A stretch of DNA of 64,000 bases, taken from Azolla caroliniana (lineage: Eukaryota; Plantae; Polypodiophyta). The stretch is from positions 496,001 to 560,000 of the forward strand of contig JBHGNT010000010.1 in the NCBI GenBank assembly GCA_043228905.1. Reading direction: 5' to 3'. The translations under genes and the position numbers were made by a program. The notes under the pieces were generated by a model. It ran no database searches. It saw only the letters and a program-made list of their open reading frames with translations, and had not been told where the DNA came from. Positions 1 through 12,249 of the stretch are shown in pieces. How positions within the stretch are numbered: the first letter of the stretch is position 1; every line of letters begins with the position of its first letter.

Positions 1-3000
1 CTTCATGTCTCTCGACCTGAGTTTCAAAATCTTGATTTTTTAATTCCATATCATAGGTAGCGTTGTTAGTTTCGATTCCCATGTTTGAACACAAAAATCC
101 GATATTACACGAGCCAGGTATGAACATTTTAATTTACTCACGCGCTCTTCTCAACTCCCTCCTCAAATTTGGTAATTTCTTCATGTCTCTCGACTTGAGT
201 TTCAAAATCTTTATTTTTTAATTCCATATCATAGGTAGCGTTGTTAGCTTCGAATCGCAAGTTTGAACACGAAAAACCGAGATCACACGAGCCAGGTATG
301 AACATTTTAATTTACTCACGCGCTCTTCTCAACTCCCTCGTCAAATTTGGTAATTTCTTCATGTCTCTCGACCTGAGTTTCAAAATCTCGATTTTTTAAT
401 TCCATATTATAGGTAGCGTTGTTAGCTTCGATTCGCATGTTTGAACACTAAAATCCTAGATCACATGGGCCAGGTATGAACATGTTAATTTACTCACGGG
501 CTCTTCTCAACTCCCTCTTCTAACTTGGTAATTTCTTCATGTCTCTCGACCTGAGTTTCGAAATCTTGATTTTTTAATTCCATATCATAGCTAGTGTTGT
601 TAGCTTCCATTCGCATGTTTAAACACTAAAATCCGGGATCACACGAGCCAGGTATAAACATTTTAATTTAATCACGCACTCTTCTCAACTCCCTCATCAA
701 ATTTGGTAATTTCTTCATGTCTCTCGACCTGAGTTTCAAACTCTTGATTTTTTAATTCTATATCATAGCTAGTGTTGTTAGCTTCGATTCGCATCTTTGA
801 ACACAAAAATCTGGTATCACACGAGCCAGGTATGAAAATTTTAAATTAGTCACGGGCTCTTCTCAACTCCCTCCTCAAATTTGGTAATTTCTTCATGTCT
901 CTCGACCTGAGTTTCAAAATCTTGATTTTTTAATTCCATATCATAGCTAGTGTTGTTAGCTTCGATTCGAATGTTTGAACACAGAAATCCGGGATCACAC
1001 GAGCCAGGGATGAACATTTTAATTTAGTCACGCGCTCTTCTCAACTCCCTCCTCGAATTTGGTAATTTCTTCATGTCTCCTGACCTGAGTTTCAAAATCT
1101 TGATTTTTTAATTCCATATCATAGCTAGTGTTGTTAGCTTCGATTCGCATGTTTAAACACTAAAATCAGGGATCACACGAGCCAGGTATGAACATTTGAA
1201 TTTAGTCACGCGCTCTTCTAAACTCCCTCCTCAAATTTGGTAATTTCTTTATGTCTCTCGACCTGAGTTTTAAAATCTTAATTTTTTAATTCCATATTAT
1301 AGGTAGCATTGTTAGCTTCGATTCGCATGTTGAACACAGAAATCCGGGATCACACGAGCCATGTATGAACATTTTAATTTACTCACGGGCTCTTCTCAAC
1401 TCCCTCCTCAAATTTGGTAATTTCTTCATGTCTCTCGACTTGAGTTTCAAAATCTTGATTTTTTCATTCCCTATCTTAGGTAGCGCTGTTAGCTTCGAAT
1501 CGCAAGTTTGAACACAAAAAACCGAGATCACACGAGCCAGGTATGAAAATTTTAAATTAGTCATGGGCTCTTCTCAACTCCCTCCTCAAATTTGGTAATT
1601 TGTTCATGTCTCTCGACCTGAGTTTCAAAATCTTGATTTTTTAATTCCATATCTTAGGTAGTGTTGTTAGCTTCGATTCGAATGTTTGAACACAGAAATC
1701 CGGGATCACACGAGCCAGGTATGAACATTTTAATTTAGTCACACGCTCTTCTCAACTCCCTCCTCGAATTTGGTAGTTTGTTCATGTCTCTCGACTTGAG
1801 TTTCAAAATCTTGATTTTTTAATTCCATATCTTAGGTAGCGTTGCTAGCTTCTAATCGCAAGTTTGAACACCAAAAACCGAGATCACACGAGCCAGGTAT
1901 GATCATTTTAATTTACTCACGCGCTCTTCTCAACTCCCTCCTCGAATTTGGTAGTTTCTTCATGTCTCTCGACTTGAGTTTCAAAATCTTGATTTTTTAA
2001 TTCCATGTCATAGGTAGCGTTGTTAGTTTCGATTCCCATGTTTGAACACAAAAATCCGATATTACACGAGCCAGGTATGAACATTTTAATTTACTCACGC
2101 GCTCTTCTCAACTCCCTCCTCAAATTTGGTAATTTCTTCATGTCTCTCGACTTGAGTTTCAAAATCTTGATTTTTTAATTCCATATCATAGGTAGCGTTG
2201 TTAGCTTCGAATCGCAAGTTTGAACACAAAAAACCGAGATCACACGAGCCAGGTATGAACATTTTAATTTACTCACGGGCTCTTCTCAACTCCCTCCTCA
2301 AATTTGGTAATTTCTTCATGTCTCTCGACCTGAGTTTCAAAATATTCGTTTTTTAATTCTATATCTTAGGTAGCGTTGTTAGCTTCGAATCGCAAGTTTG
2401 AACACAAAAAACCGAGATCACACGAGCCAGGTATGAACATTTTAATTTACTCACGCGCTCTTCTCAACTCCCTCCTCAAATTTGGTAATTTCTTCATGTC
2501 TCTCGACGTGAGTTTCAAAATCTCGATTTTTTAATTCCATATTATAGGTAGCGTTGTTAGTTTCGATTCGCATCTTTGAACACTAAAATCCTAGATCACA
2601 TGGGCCAGGTATGAACATTTTAATTTACTCACGGGCTCTTCTCAACTCCCTCTTCTAACTTGGTAATTTCTTCATGTCTCTCGACCTGAGTTTCGAAATC
2701 TTGATTTTTTAATTCCATATCATAGCTAGTGTTGGTAGCTTCGATTCGCATGTTGAAACACTAAAATCCTAGATCACATGGGCCAGGTATGAACATTTTA
2801 ATTTACTCACGCGCTCTTCTCAACTCCCTCCTCCAATTTGGTAATTTGTTCATGTCTCTCGACCTGAGTTTCAAAATCTTGATTTTTTAATTCCATATCT
2901 TAGGTAGCGTTGCTAGCTTCTAATCGCAAGTTTGAACACCAAAAACCGAGATCACACGAGCCAGGTATGAACATTTTAATTTACTCACGCGCTCTTCTCA

Positions 3001-6000
3001 ACTCCCTCCTCGAATTTGGTAATTTGTTCATGTCTTTCGACCTGAGTTTCAAAATCTTGATTTTTTAATTCCATATCATAGGTAGCGTTGTTAGTTTCGA
3101 TTCCCATGTTTGAACACAAAAATCCGATATTACACGAGCCAGGTATGAACATTTTAATTTACTCACGCGCTCTTCTCAACTCCCTCCTCAAATTTGGTAA
3201 TTTCTTCATGTCTCTCGACTTGAGTTTCAAAATCTTGATTTTTTAATTCCATATCATAGGTAGCGATGTTAGCTTCGAATCGCAAGTTTGAACAAAAAAA
3301 ACCGAGATCACACGAGCCAGGTATGAACATTTTAATTTACTCACGCGCTCTTCTCAACTCCCTCGTCAAATTTGGTAATTTCTTCATGTCTCTCGACCTG
3401 AGTTTCAAAATCTCGATTTTTTAATTCCATATTATAGGTAGCGTTGTTAGCTTCGATTCGCATCTTTGAACACTAAAATCCTAGATCACATGGGCCAGGT
3501 ATGAACATTTTAATTTACTCACGGGCTCTTCTCAACTCCCTCTTCTAACTTGGTAATTTCTTCATGTCTCTCGACCTGAGTTTCGAAATCTTGATTTTTT
3601 AATTCCATATCATAGCTAGTGTTGTTAGCTTCCATTCGCATGTTTAAACACTAAAATCCGGGATCACACGAGCCAGGTATGAACATTTTAATTTAATCAC
3701 GCGCTCTTCTCAACTCCCTCGTCAAATTTGGTAATTTCTTCATGTCTCTCGACCTGAGTTTCAAACTCTTGATTTTTTAATTCTATATCATAGCTAGTGT
3801 TGTTATCTTCGATTCGCATCTTTGAACACAAAAATCTGGTATCACACGAGCCAGGGATGAAAATTTTAAATTAGTCACGGGCTCTTCTCAACTCCCTCCT
3901 CAAATTTGGTAATTTCTTCATGTCTCTCGACCTGAGTTTCAAAATCTTGATTTTTTAATTCCATATCATAGGTAGCGTTGTTAGTTTCGATTCCCATGTT
4001 TGAACACAAAAATCCGATATTACACGAGCCAGGTATGAACATTTTAATTTACTCACGCGCTCTTCTCAACTCCCTCCTCAAATTTGGTAATTTCTTCATG
4101 TCTCTCGACTTGAGTTTCAAAATCTTTATTTTTTAATTCCATATCATAGGTAGCGTTGTTAGCTTCGAATCGCAAGTTTGAACACGAAAAACCGAGATCA
4201 CACGAGCCAGGTATGAACATTTTAATTTACTCACGCGCTCTTCTCAACTCCCTCGTCAAATTTGGTAATTTCTTCATGTCTCTCGACCTGAGTTTCAAAA
4301 TCTCGATTTTTTAATTCCATATTATAGGTAGCGTTGTTAGCTTCGATTCGCATGTTTGAACACTAAAATCCTAGATCACATGGGCCAGGTATGAACATTT
4401 TAATTTACTCACGGGCTCTTCTCAACTCCCTCTTCTAACTTGGTAATTTCTTCATGTCTCTCGACCTGAGTTTCGAAATCTTGATTTTTTAATTCCATAT
4501 CATAGCTAGTGTTGTTAGCTTCCATTCGCATGTTTAAACACTAAAATCCGGGATCACACGAGCCAGGTATGAACATTTTAATTTAATCACGCACTCTTCT
4601 CAACTCCCTCATCAAATTTGGTAATTTCTTCATGTCTCTCGACCTGAGTTTCAAACTCTTGATTTTTTAATTCTATATCATAGCTAGTGTTGTTAGCTTC
4701 GATTCGCATCTTTGAACACAGAAATCCAGGATCACACGAGCCAGGTATGAAAATTTTAAATTAGTCACGGGCTCTTCTCAACTCCCTCCTCAAATTTGGT
4801 AATTTCTTCATGTCTCTCGACCTGAGTTTCAAAATCTTGATTTTTTAATTCCATATCATAGCTAGTGTTGTTAGCTTCGATTCGAATGTTTGAACACAGA
4901 AATCCGGGATCACACGAGCCATGTATGAACATTTTAATTTACTCACGGGCTCTTCTCAACTCCCTCCTCAAATTTGGTAATTTCGTCATGTCTCTCGACT
5001 TGAGTTTCAAAATCTTGATTTTTTCATTCCCTATCTTAGGTAGCGCTGTTAGCTTCGAATCGCAAGTTTGAACACAAAAAACCGAGATCACACGAGCCAG
5101 GTATGAAAATTTTAAATTAGTCATGGGCACTTCTCAACTCCCTCCTCAAATTTGGTAATTTGTTCATGTCTCTCGACCTGAGTTTCAAAATCTTGATTTT
5201 TTAATTCCATATCTTAGGTAGTGTTGTTAGCTTCGATTCGAATGTTTGAACACAGAAATCCGGGATCACACGAGCCAGGTATGAACATTTTAATTTAGTC
5301 ACACGCTCTTCTCAACTCCCTCCTCGAATTTGGTAGTTTGTTCATGTCTCTCGACTTGAGTTTCAAAATCTTGATTTTTTAATTCCATATCTTAGGTAGC
5401 GTTGCTAGCTTCTAATCGCAAGTTTGAACACCAAAAACCGAGATCACACGAGCCAGGTATGATCATTTTAATTTACTCACGCGCTCTTCTCAACTCCCTC
5501 CTCGAATTTGGTAGTTTCTTCATGTCTCTCGACTTGAGTTTCAAAATCTTGATTTTTTAATTCCATATCATAGGTAGCGTTGTTAGTTTCGATTCCCATG
5601 TTTGAACACAAAAATCCGATATTACACGAGCCAGGTATGAACATTTTAATTTACTCACGCGCTCTTCTCAACTCCCTCGTCAAATTTGGTAATTTCTTCA
5701 TGTCTCTCGACTTGAGTTTCAAAATCTTGATTTTTTAATTCCATATCATAGGTAGCGTTGTTAGCTTCGAATCGCAAGTTTGAACACAAAAAACCGAGAT
5801 CACACGAGCCAGGTATGAACATTTTAATTTACTCACGGGCTCTTCTCTACTCCCTCCTCAAATTTGGTAATTTCTTCATGTCTCTCGACCTGAGTTTCAA
5901 AATATTCGTTTTTTAATTCTATATCTTAGGTAGCGTTGTTAGCTTCGAATCGCAAGTTTGAACACAAAAAACCGAGATCACACGAGCCAGGTATGAACAT

Positions 6001-6310
6001 TTTAATTTACTCACGCGCTCTTCTCAACTCCCTCCTCAAATTTGGTAATTTCTTCATGTCTCTCGACGTGAGTTTCAAAATCTCGATTTTTTAATTCCAT
6101 ATTATAGGTAGCGTTGTTAGTTTCGATTCGCATCTTTGAACACTAAAATCCTAGATCACATGGGCCAGGTATGAACATTTTAATTTACTCACGGGCTCTT
6201 CTCAACTCCCTCTTCTAACTTGGTAATTTCTTCATGTCTCTCGACCTGAGTTTCGAAATCTTGATTTTTTAATTCCATATCATAGCTAGTGTTGGTAGCT
6301 TCGATTCGCA
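1..6310. repeat. Higher-order duplication: 22-monomer unit (offset 3,915) whose second, partial copy lacks two monomers (offset 3,560 afterwards); contains a recurrent 5-monomer (890-bp) block
   Basis: AATCTTTATT at 206/4121 (3915); TTTTCATTCCCTATCTTAGGTAGCGCTGTT at 1461/5021 (3560 = 20x178); similar 5-mer blocks at about 1-890, 3026-3915 and 3916-4805. Confidence 0.85.
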
Positions 6311-9059
6311 GGTTTAAACACTAAAATCCGGGATCACACGAGCCAGGTATGAACATTTTAATTTACTCACGCGCTCTTCTCAACTCCCTCGTCAAATTTG
6401 GTAATTTCTTCATGTCTCTCGACCTGAGTTTCAAAATCTTGATTTTTTAATTCTATATCACAGCTAGTGTTGTTAGGTTCGATTTGCATCTTTGAACACA
6501 AAAATCTGGTATCACACGAGCCAGGTATGAAAATTTTAAATTAGTCACGGGCTCTTCTCAACTCCCTCCTCAAATTTGGTAATTTCATTTTAATTTACTC
6601 ACGCGCTCTTCTCAACTCCCTCCTCAAATTTGGTAATTTGTTCATGACTCTCGACCTGAGTTTCAAAATCTTGATTTTTTAATTCCATATCTTAGGTAGC
6701 GTTGTTAGCTTCGAATCGTAAGTTTGAACACCAAAAACCGAGATCACACGAGCCAGGTATGAACATTTTAATTTACTCACGCGCTCTTCTCAACTCCCTC
6801 CTCGAATTTGGTAATTTCTTCATGTCTCTCGACTTGAGTTTGAAAATCTTGATTTTTTAAATCCATATCATAGGTAGCGTTGTTAGTTTCGATTCCCGTG
6901 TTTGAACACAAAAATCCGATATTACACGAGCCAGATATGAACATTTTAATTTACTCACGCGCTCTTCTCAACTCCCTCCTCAAATTTGGTAATTTCTTCA
7001 TGTCTCTCGACCTGAGTTTCAAAATATTCGTTTTTTAATTCTATATCTTAGGTAGCGTTGTTAGCTTCGAATCGCAAGTTTGAACACCAAAAACCGAGAT
7101 CACACGAGCCAGGTATGAACATTTTAATTTACTCACGCGCTCTTCTCAACTCCCTCCTCAAATTTGGTAATTTGTTCATGTCTCTCGACCTGAGTTTCAA
7201 AATCTTGATTTTTTAATTCTATATCACAGCTAGTGTTGTTAGGTTCGATTTGCATCTTTGAACACAAAAATCTGGTATCACACGAGCCAGGTATGAAAAT
7301 TATAAATTAGTCACGGGCTCTTCTCAACTCCCTCCTCAAATTTGGTAATTTCATTTTAATTTACTCACGCGCTCTTCTCAACTCCCTCCTCAAATTTGGT
7401 AATTTCTTCATGTCTCTCGACCTGAGTTTCAAAATCTCGATTTTTTAATTCCATATTATAGGTAGCGTTGTTAGCTTCGATTCGCATCTTTGAACACAAA
7501 AATCCTAGATCACATGGGCCAGGTATGAACATTTTAATTTACTCACGGGTTTTCTCAACTCCCTCTTCTAACTTGGTAATTTCTTCATGTCTCTCGACCT
7601 GAGTATCGAAATCTTGATTTTTTAATTCCATATCATAGCTAGTGTTGGTAGCTTCGATTCGCATGTTTAAACACTAAAATCCGGGATCACACGAGCATGG
7701 TATGAACATTTTAATTTACTCACGCGCTCTTTTCAACTCCCTCCTCAAATTTGGTAATTTCTTCATGTCTTTCGACCTGAGTTTCAAAATCTGAACTTTT
7801 TAATTCTATATCTTAGGTAGTGTTGTTAGCTTCGAATCGAATCTTTGAACACAGAAATCTGGTATCACACGAGCCAGGTATGAACATTTTAATTTACTCA
7901 CGCGCTCTTCTCAACTCCCTCCTAAAATTTGGTAATTTGTTCATGTCTCTCGACCTGAGTTTCAAAATCTTGATTTTCTAATTCCATCTCTTAGGTAGCG
8001 TCGTTAGCTTCGAATCGCAAGTTTGAACACCAAAAACCGAGATCACACGAGCCAGGTATGAACATTTTAATTTAGTCACGTGATCTTCTCAACTCCCTCC
8101 TCGAATTTGGTAATTTCTTCATGTCTCTCGACTTGAGTTTCAAAATCTTGATTTTTTAATTCCATATCATAGGTAGCGTTGTTAGTTTCGATTCCCATGT
8201 TTGAACACAAAAATCCGATATTAGACGAGCCAGGTATGAACATTTTAATTTACTCACGCGCTCTTCTCAACTCCCTCGTCAAATTTGGTAATTTCTTCAT
8301 GTCTCTTGACCTGAGTTTCAAAATATTTGTTTTTTAATTCTATATCTTAGGTAGCGTTGTTAGCTTCGAATCGCAAGTTTGAACACCAAAAACAGAGATC
8401 ACACGAGCCAGGTTTGAACATTTTAATTTACTCACGCGCTCTTCTCAACTCCCTCCTGAATTTTGGTAATTTCTTCATGTCTCTCGACCTGAGTTTCAAA
8501 ATCTTGCTTTTTTTATTGTATATCTTAGGTAGCGTTGTTAGCTTCGAATCGCAAGTTTGAACACCAAAAACCGAGATCACACGAGCCAGGTATGAACATT
8601 TTAATTTACTCACGCGCTCTTCTCAACTCCCTCCTCAAATTTGGTAATTTCTTCATGTCTCTCGACCAGAGTTTCAAAATCTCGATTTTTTAATTCCATA
8701 TTATAGGTAGCGTTGTTAGCTTCGATTCGCATCTTTGAACACAAAAATCCTAGATCACATGGGCCAGGTATGAACATTTTAATTTACTCACGGGCTCTTC
8801 TCAACTCCCTCTTCTAACTTGGTAATTTCTTCATGTCTCTCGACCTGAGTATCGAAATCTTGATTTTTTAATTCCAAATCATAGCTAGTGTTGGTAGCTT
8901 TGATTCGCATGTTTAAACACTAAAATCCGGGATCACACGAGCTAGGTATGAACATTTTAATTTACTCACGCGCTCTTCTCAACTCCCTCGTCAAATTTGG
9001 TAATTTCTTCATGTCTCTCGACCTGAGTTTCAAAATCTTTATTTTTTAATTCTATATCA

Positions 9060-9700
9060 TAGCTAGTGTTGTGAGCTTCGATTTGCATCTTTGAACACAA
9101 ACATCTGGTATCACACGATCCAGCTATGAAAATTTTAAATTAGTCACGGGCTCTTCTCAACTCCCTCCTCAAATTTGGTAATTACTTCATGTCTCTCGAC
9201 CTAAGTTTCAAAATCTTGATTTTTTAATTCTATATCATAGCTAGCGTTGTTAGCTTCGAATCGCAAGTTTGAACACCAAAAACCGAGATCACACGAGCCA
9301 GGTATGAACATTTTAATTTACTCACGCGCTCTTCTCAACTCCCTCCTCAAATTTGGTAATTTCTTCATGTCTCTCGACCTGAGTTTCAAAATCTTGATTT
9401 TTTAATTCTATATCATAGCTAGTGTTGTTAGCTTCGATTTGCATCTTTGAACACAAACATCTGGTATCACACGATCCAGCTATGAAAATTTTAAATTAGT
9501 CACAGGCTCTTCTCAACTCCCTCCTCAAATTTGGTAATTACTTCATGTCTCTCGACCTAAGTTTCAAAATCTTGATTTTTTAATTCTATATCATAGCTAG
9601 CGTTGTTAGCTTCGAATCGCAAGTTTGAACACCAAAAACCGAGATCACACGAGCCAGGTATGAACATTTTAATTTACTCACGCGCTCTTCTCAACTCCCT
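9060..9700. repeat. Local two-monomer (356-bp) tandem duplication
   Basis: Rare variant ACATCTGGTATCACACGATCCAGCTATG at 9101 and 9457, each followed by GGTAATTACTTC...GACCTAAG. Confidence 0.85.
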
Positions 9701-12249
9701 CCTCAAATTTGGTAATGTCTTCATGTCTCTCGACCTGAGTTTCAAAATCTCGATTTTTTAATTACATATTATAGGTAGCGTTGTTAGCTTCGATTCGCAT
9801 CTTTGAACACTAAAATCCTAGATCACATGGGCCAGGTATGAACATTTTAATTTACTCACGGGCTCTTCTCAACTCCCTCTTCTAACTTGGTAATTTCTTC
9901 ATGTCTCTCGACTTGAGTTTCAAAATCTTGATTTTTTAATTCCATATCATAGGTAGCGTTGTTAGTTTCGATTCCCAAGTTTGAACACAAAAATCCGATA
10001 TTACACGAGCCAGGTATGAACATTTTAATTTACTCACGCGCTCTTCTCAACTCCCTCCTAAAATTTGGTAATTTCTTCATGTCTCTCGACCTGAGTTTCA
10101 AAATATTCGTTTTTTAATTCTATATCATAGGTAGCGTTGTTAGCTTCGAATCGCATGTTTGAACACAAAAATCCGAGATCACACGAGGCAGGTATAAACA
10201 TTTTAATTTACTCACACGCTCTTCTCAACTCCCTCCTCAAATTTGGTAATTTCTTCATGTCTCTCGATTTGAGTTTAAAAATCTGGATTTTTTAATTCTA
10301 TATCTTAGGTAGTGTTGTTAGCTTCGAATCGAATCTTTGAACACAGAAATCTGGTATCACACGAGCCAGGTATGAAAATTTTAAATTAGTCACGGGCTTT
10401 TCTCAACTCCCTCCTCAAATTTGGTAATTTCTTCATGTCTGTCGACCTGAGTTTCAAAATCTTGCTTTTTTTATTGTATATCATAGCTAGTGTTGTTAGC
10501 TTCGATTCACATGTTTAAACACTAAAATCTGGGATCACACGAGCCAGGTATGAACATTTTAATTTAGTCACGCGCTCTTCTCAACTCCCTCGTCGAATTT
10601 GGTAATTTCTTCATGTCTCTCGACTTGAGTTTTAAAATCTTCATTTTTTAATTCCATATCATAGGTAGCGTTGTTAGTTTCGATTCCCATGTTTGAACAC
10701 AAAAATCCGATATTACACGAGCCAGGTATGAACATTTTAATTTACTCACGTGCTCTTCTCAACTCCCTCCTCAATTTTGGTAATTTCTTCATGTCTCTCG
10801 ACCTGAGTTTCAAAATCTTGTTTTTTTATTGTATATCTTAGGTAGCGTTGTTAGCTTCGAATCGCAAGTTTGAACACCAAAAACCGAGATCACACGAGCC
10901 AGGTATGAACATTTTAATTTACTCACGCGCTCTTCTCAACTCCCTCCTCAAATTTGGTAATTTCTTCATGTCTCTCGACCTGAGTTTCAAAATCTCGATT
11001 TTTTAATTCCATATTATAGGTAGCGTTGTTAGCTTCGGTTCGCATCTTTGAACACTAAAATCCTAGATCACATGGGCGAGGTATGAACATTTGAATTTAC
11101 TCACGGGCTCTTCTCAACTCCCTCTTCTAACTTGGTAATTTCTTCATGTATCTCGACCTGAGTTTCGAAATCTTGATTTTTTAATTCTATATCATAGCTA
11201 GTGTTGTTAGCTTCGATTCGCATTTTTGAACACAAAAATCTGGTATCACACGAGCCAGGTATGAAAATTTTAAATTAGTCACGGGCTCTTCTCAACTCCC
11301 TCCTCAAATTTGGTAATTTCTTCATGTCTCTCGACCTGATTTTTTAATTCCATATCATAGGTAGCGTTGTTAGCTTCGATTCGCATGTTTGAACACAGAA
11401 ATCCGGGATCACACGAGCCAGGTATGAACATTTTAATTTAGTCACGCGCTCCTCTCAACTCCCTCCTCGAATTTGGTAATTTCTTCATGTCTCTCGACTT
11501 GAGTTTCAAAATCTTGATTTTTTAATTCCATATCATAGGTAGCGTTGTTAGCTTCGAATTGCAAGTTTGAACACAAAAATCCGATATTACACGAGCCAGG
11601 TCTCGTGACCTGAGTTTCAAAATCATGATTTTTTAATTCTACATCATAGCTAGTGTTGTTAGCTTCAATTCGCATGTTTTAACACAAAAATCAGGGATCA
11701 CACGAGCCAGGTATGAACATTTGAATTTAGTCACGCGCTCTTCTAAACTCCCTCCTCAAATTTGGTAATTTCTTCATGTCTCTCGACCTGAGTTTCAAAA
11801 TCACGATTTTTTAACTCCATATTATAGGTAGCGTTGTTAGCTTCGATTCGCATCTTTGAACACACAAATCCGGGATCACACGAACCATGTATGAACATTT
11901 TAATTTACTCACGGGCTCTTCTCAAGTCCCGCTTCTCACTTGGTAATTTCTTCATGTCTCTCGACCTGAGTTTCGAAATCTTGATTTTTTAATTCCATAT
12001 CATAGCTAGTGTTGTTAGCTTCGATTCACATGTTTCAACACTAAAATCCGGGATCACACGAGCCAAGTATGAACATTTTAATTTACTCACGCGCTCTTCT
12101 CAACTCCCTCGTCAAATTTGGTAATTTCTTCATGTCTCTCGACCTGAGTTTCAAAATCTTGATTTTTTAATTCCATATCATAGGTAGCGTTGCTAGATTC
12201 GATTCCCATGTTTGAACACAAAAATCCGATATTACACGAGCCAGGTATG

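Noticed and set aside
145-164. Pyrimidine-rich tract CTCTTCTCAACTCCCTCCTC as triplex or G4-forming element
   Set aside because: Short, interrupted by AA, lacks four G-runs on the other strand, and is deleted in several amplified monomers.
1-178. Identity with Arabidopsis CEN178 or Brassica CentBr because of monomer length
   Set aside because: Only the length is similar; the sequence does not match those consensus sequences as I recall them. Needs BLAST to be definitive.
604-640. CENP-B box-like motif (CTTCG...CGGGA region of the monomer)
   Set aside because: TTCG and CGGG are both in the consensus but more than 20 bp apart, not in the TTCGnnnnAnnCGGG spacing.
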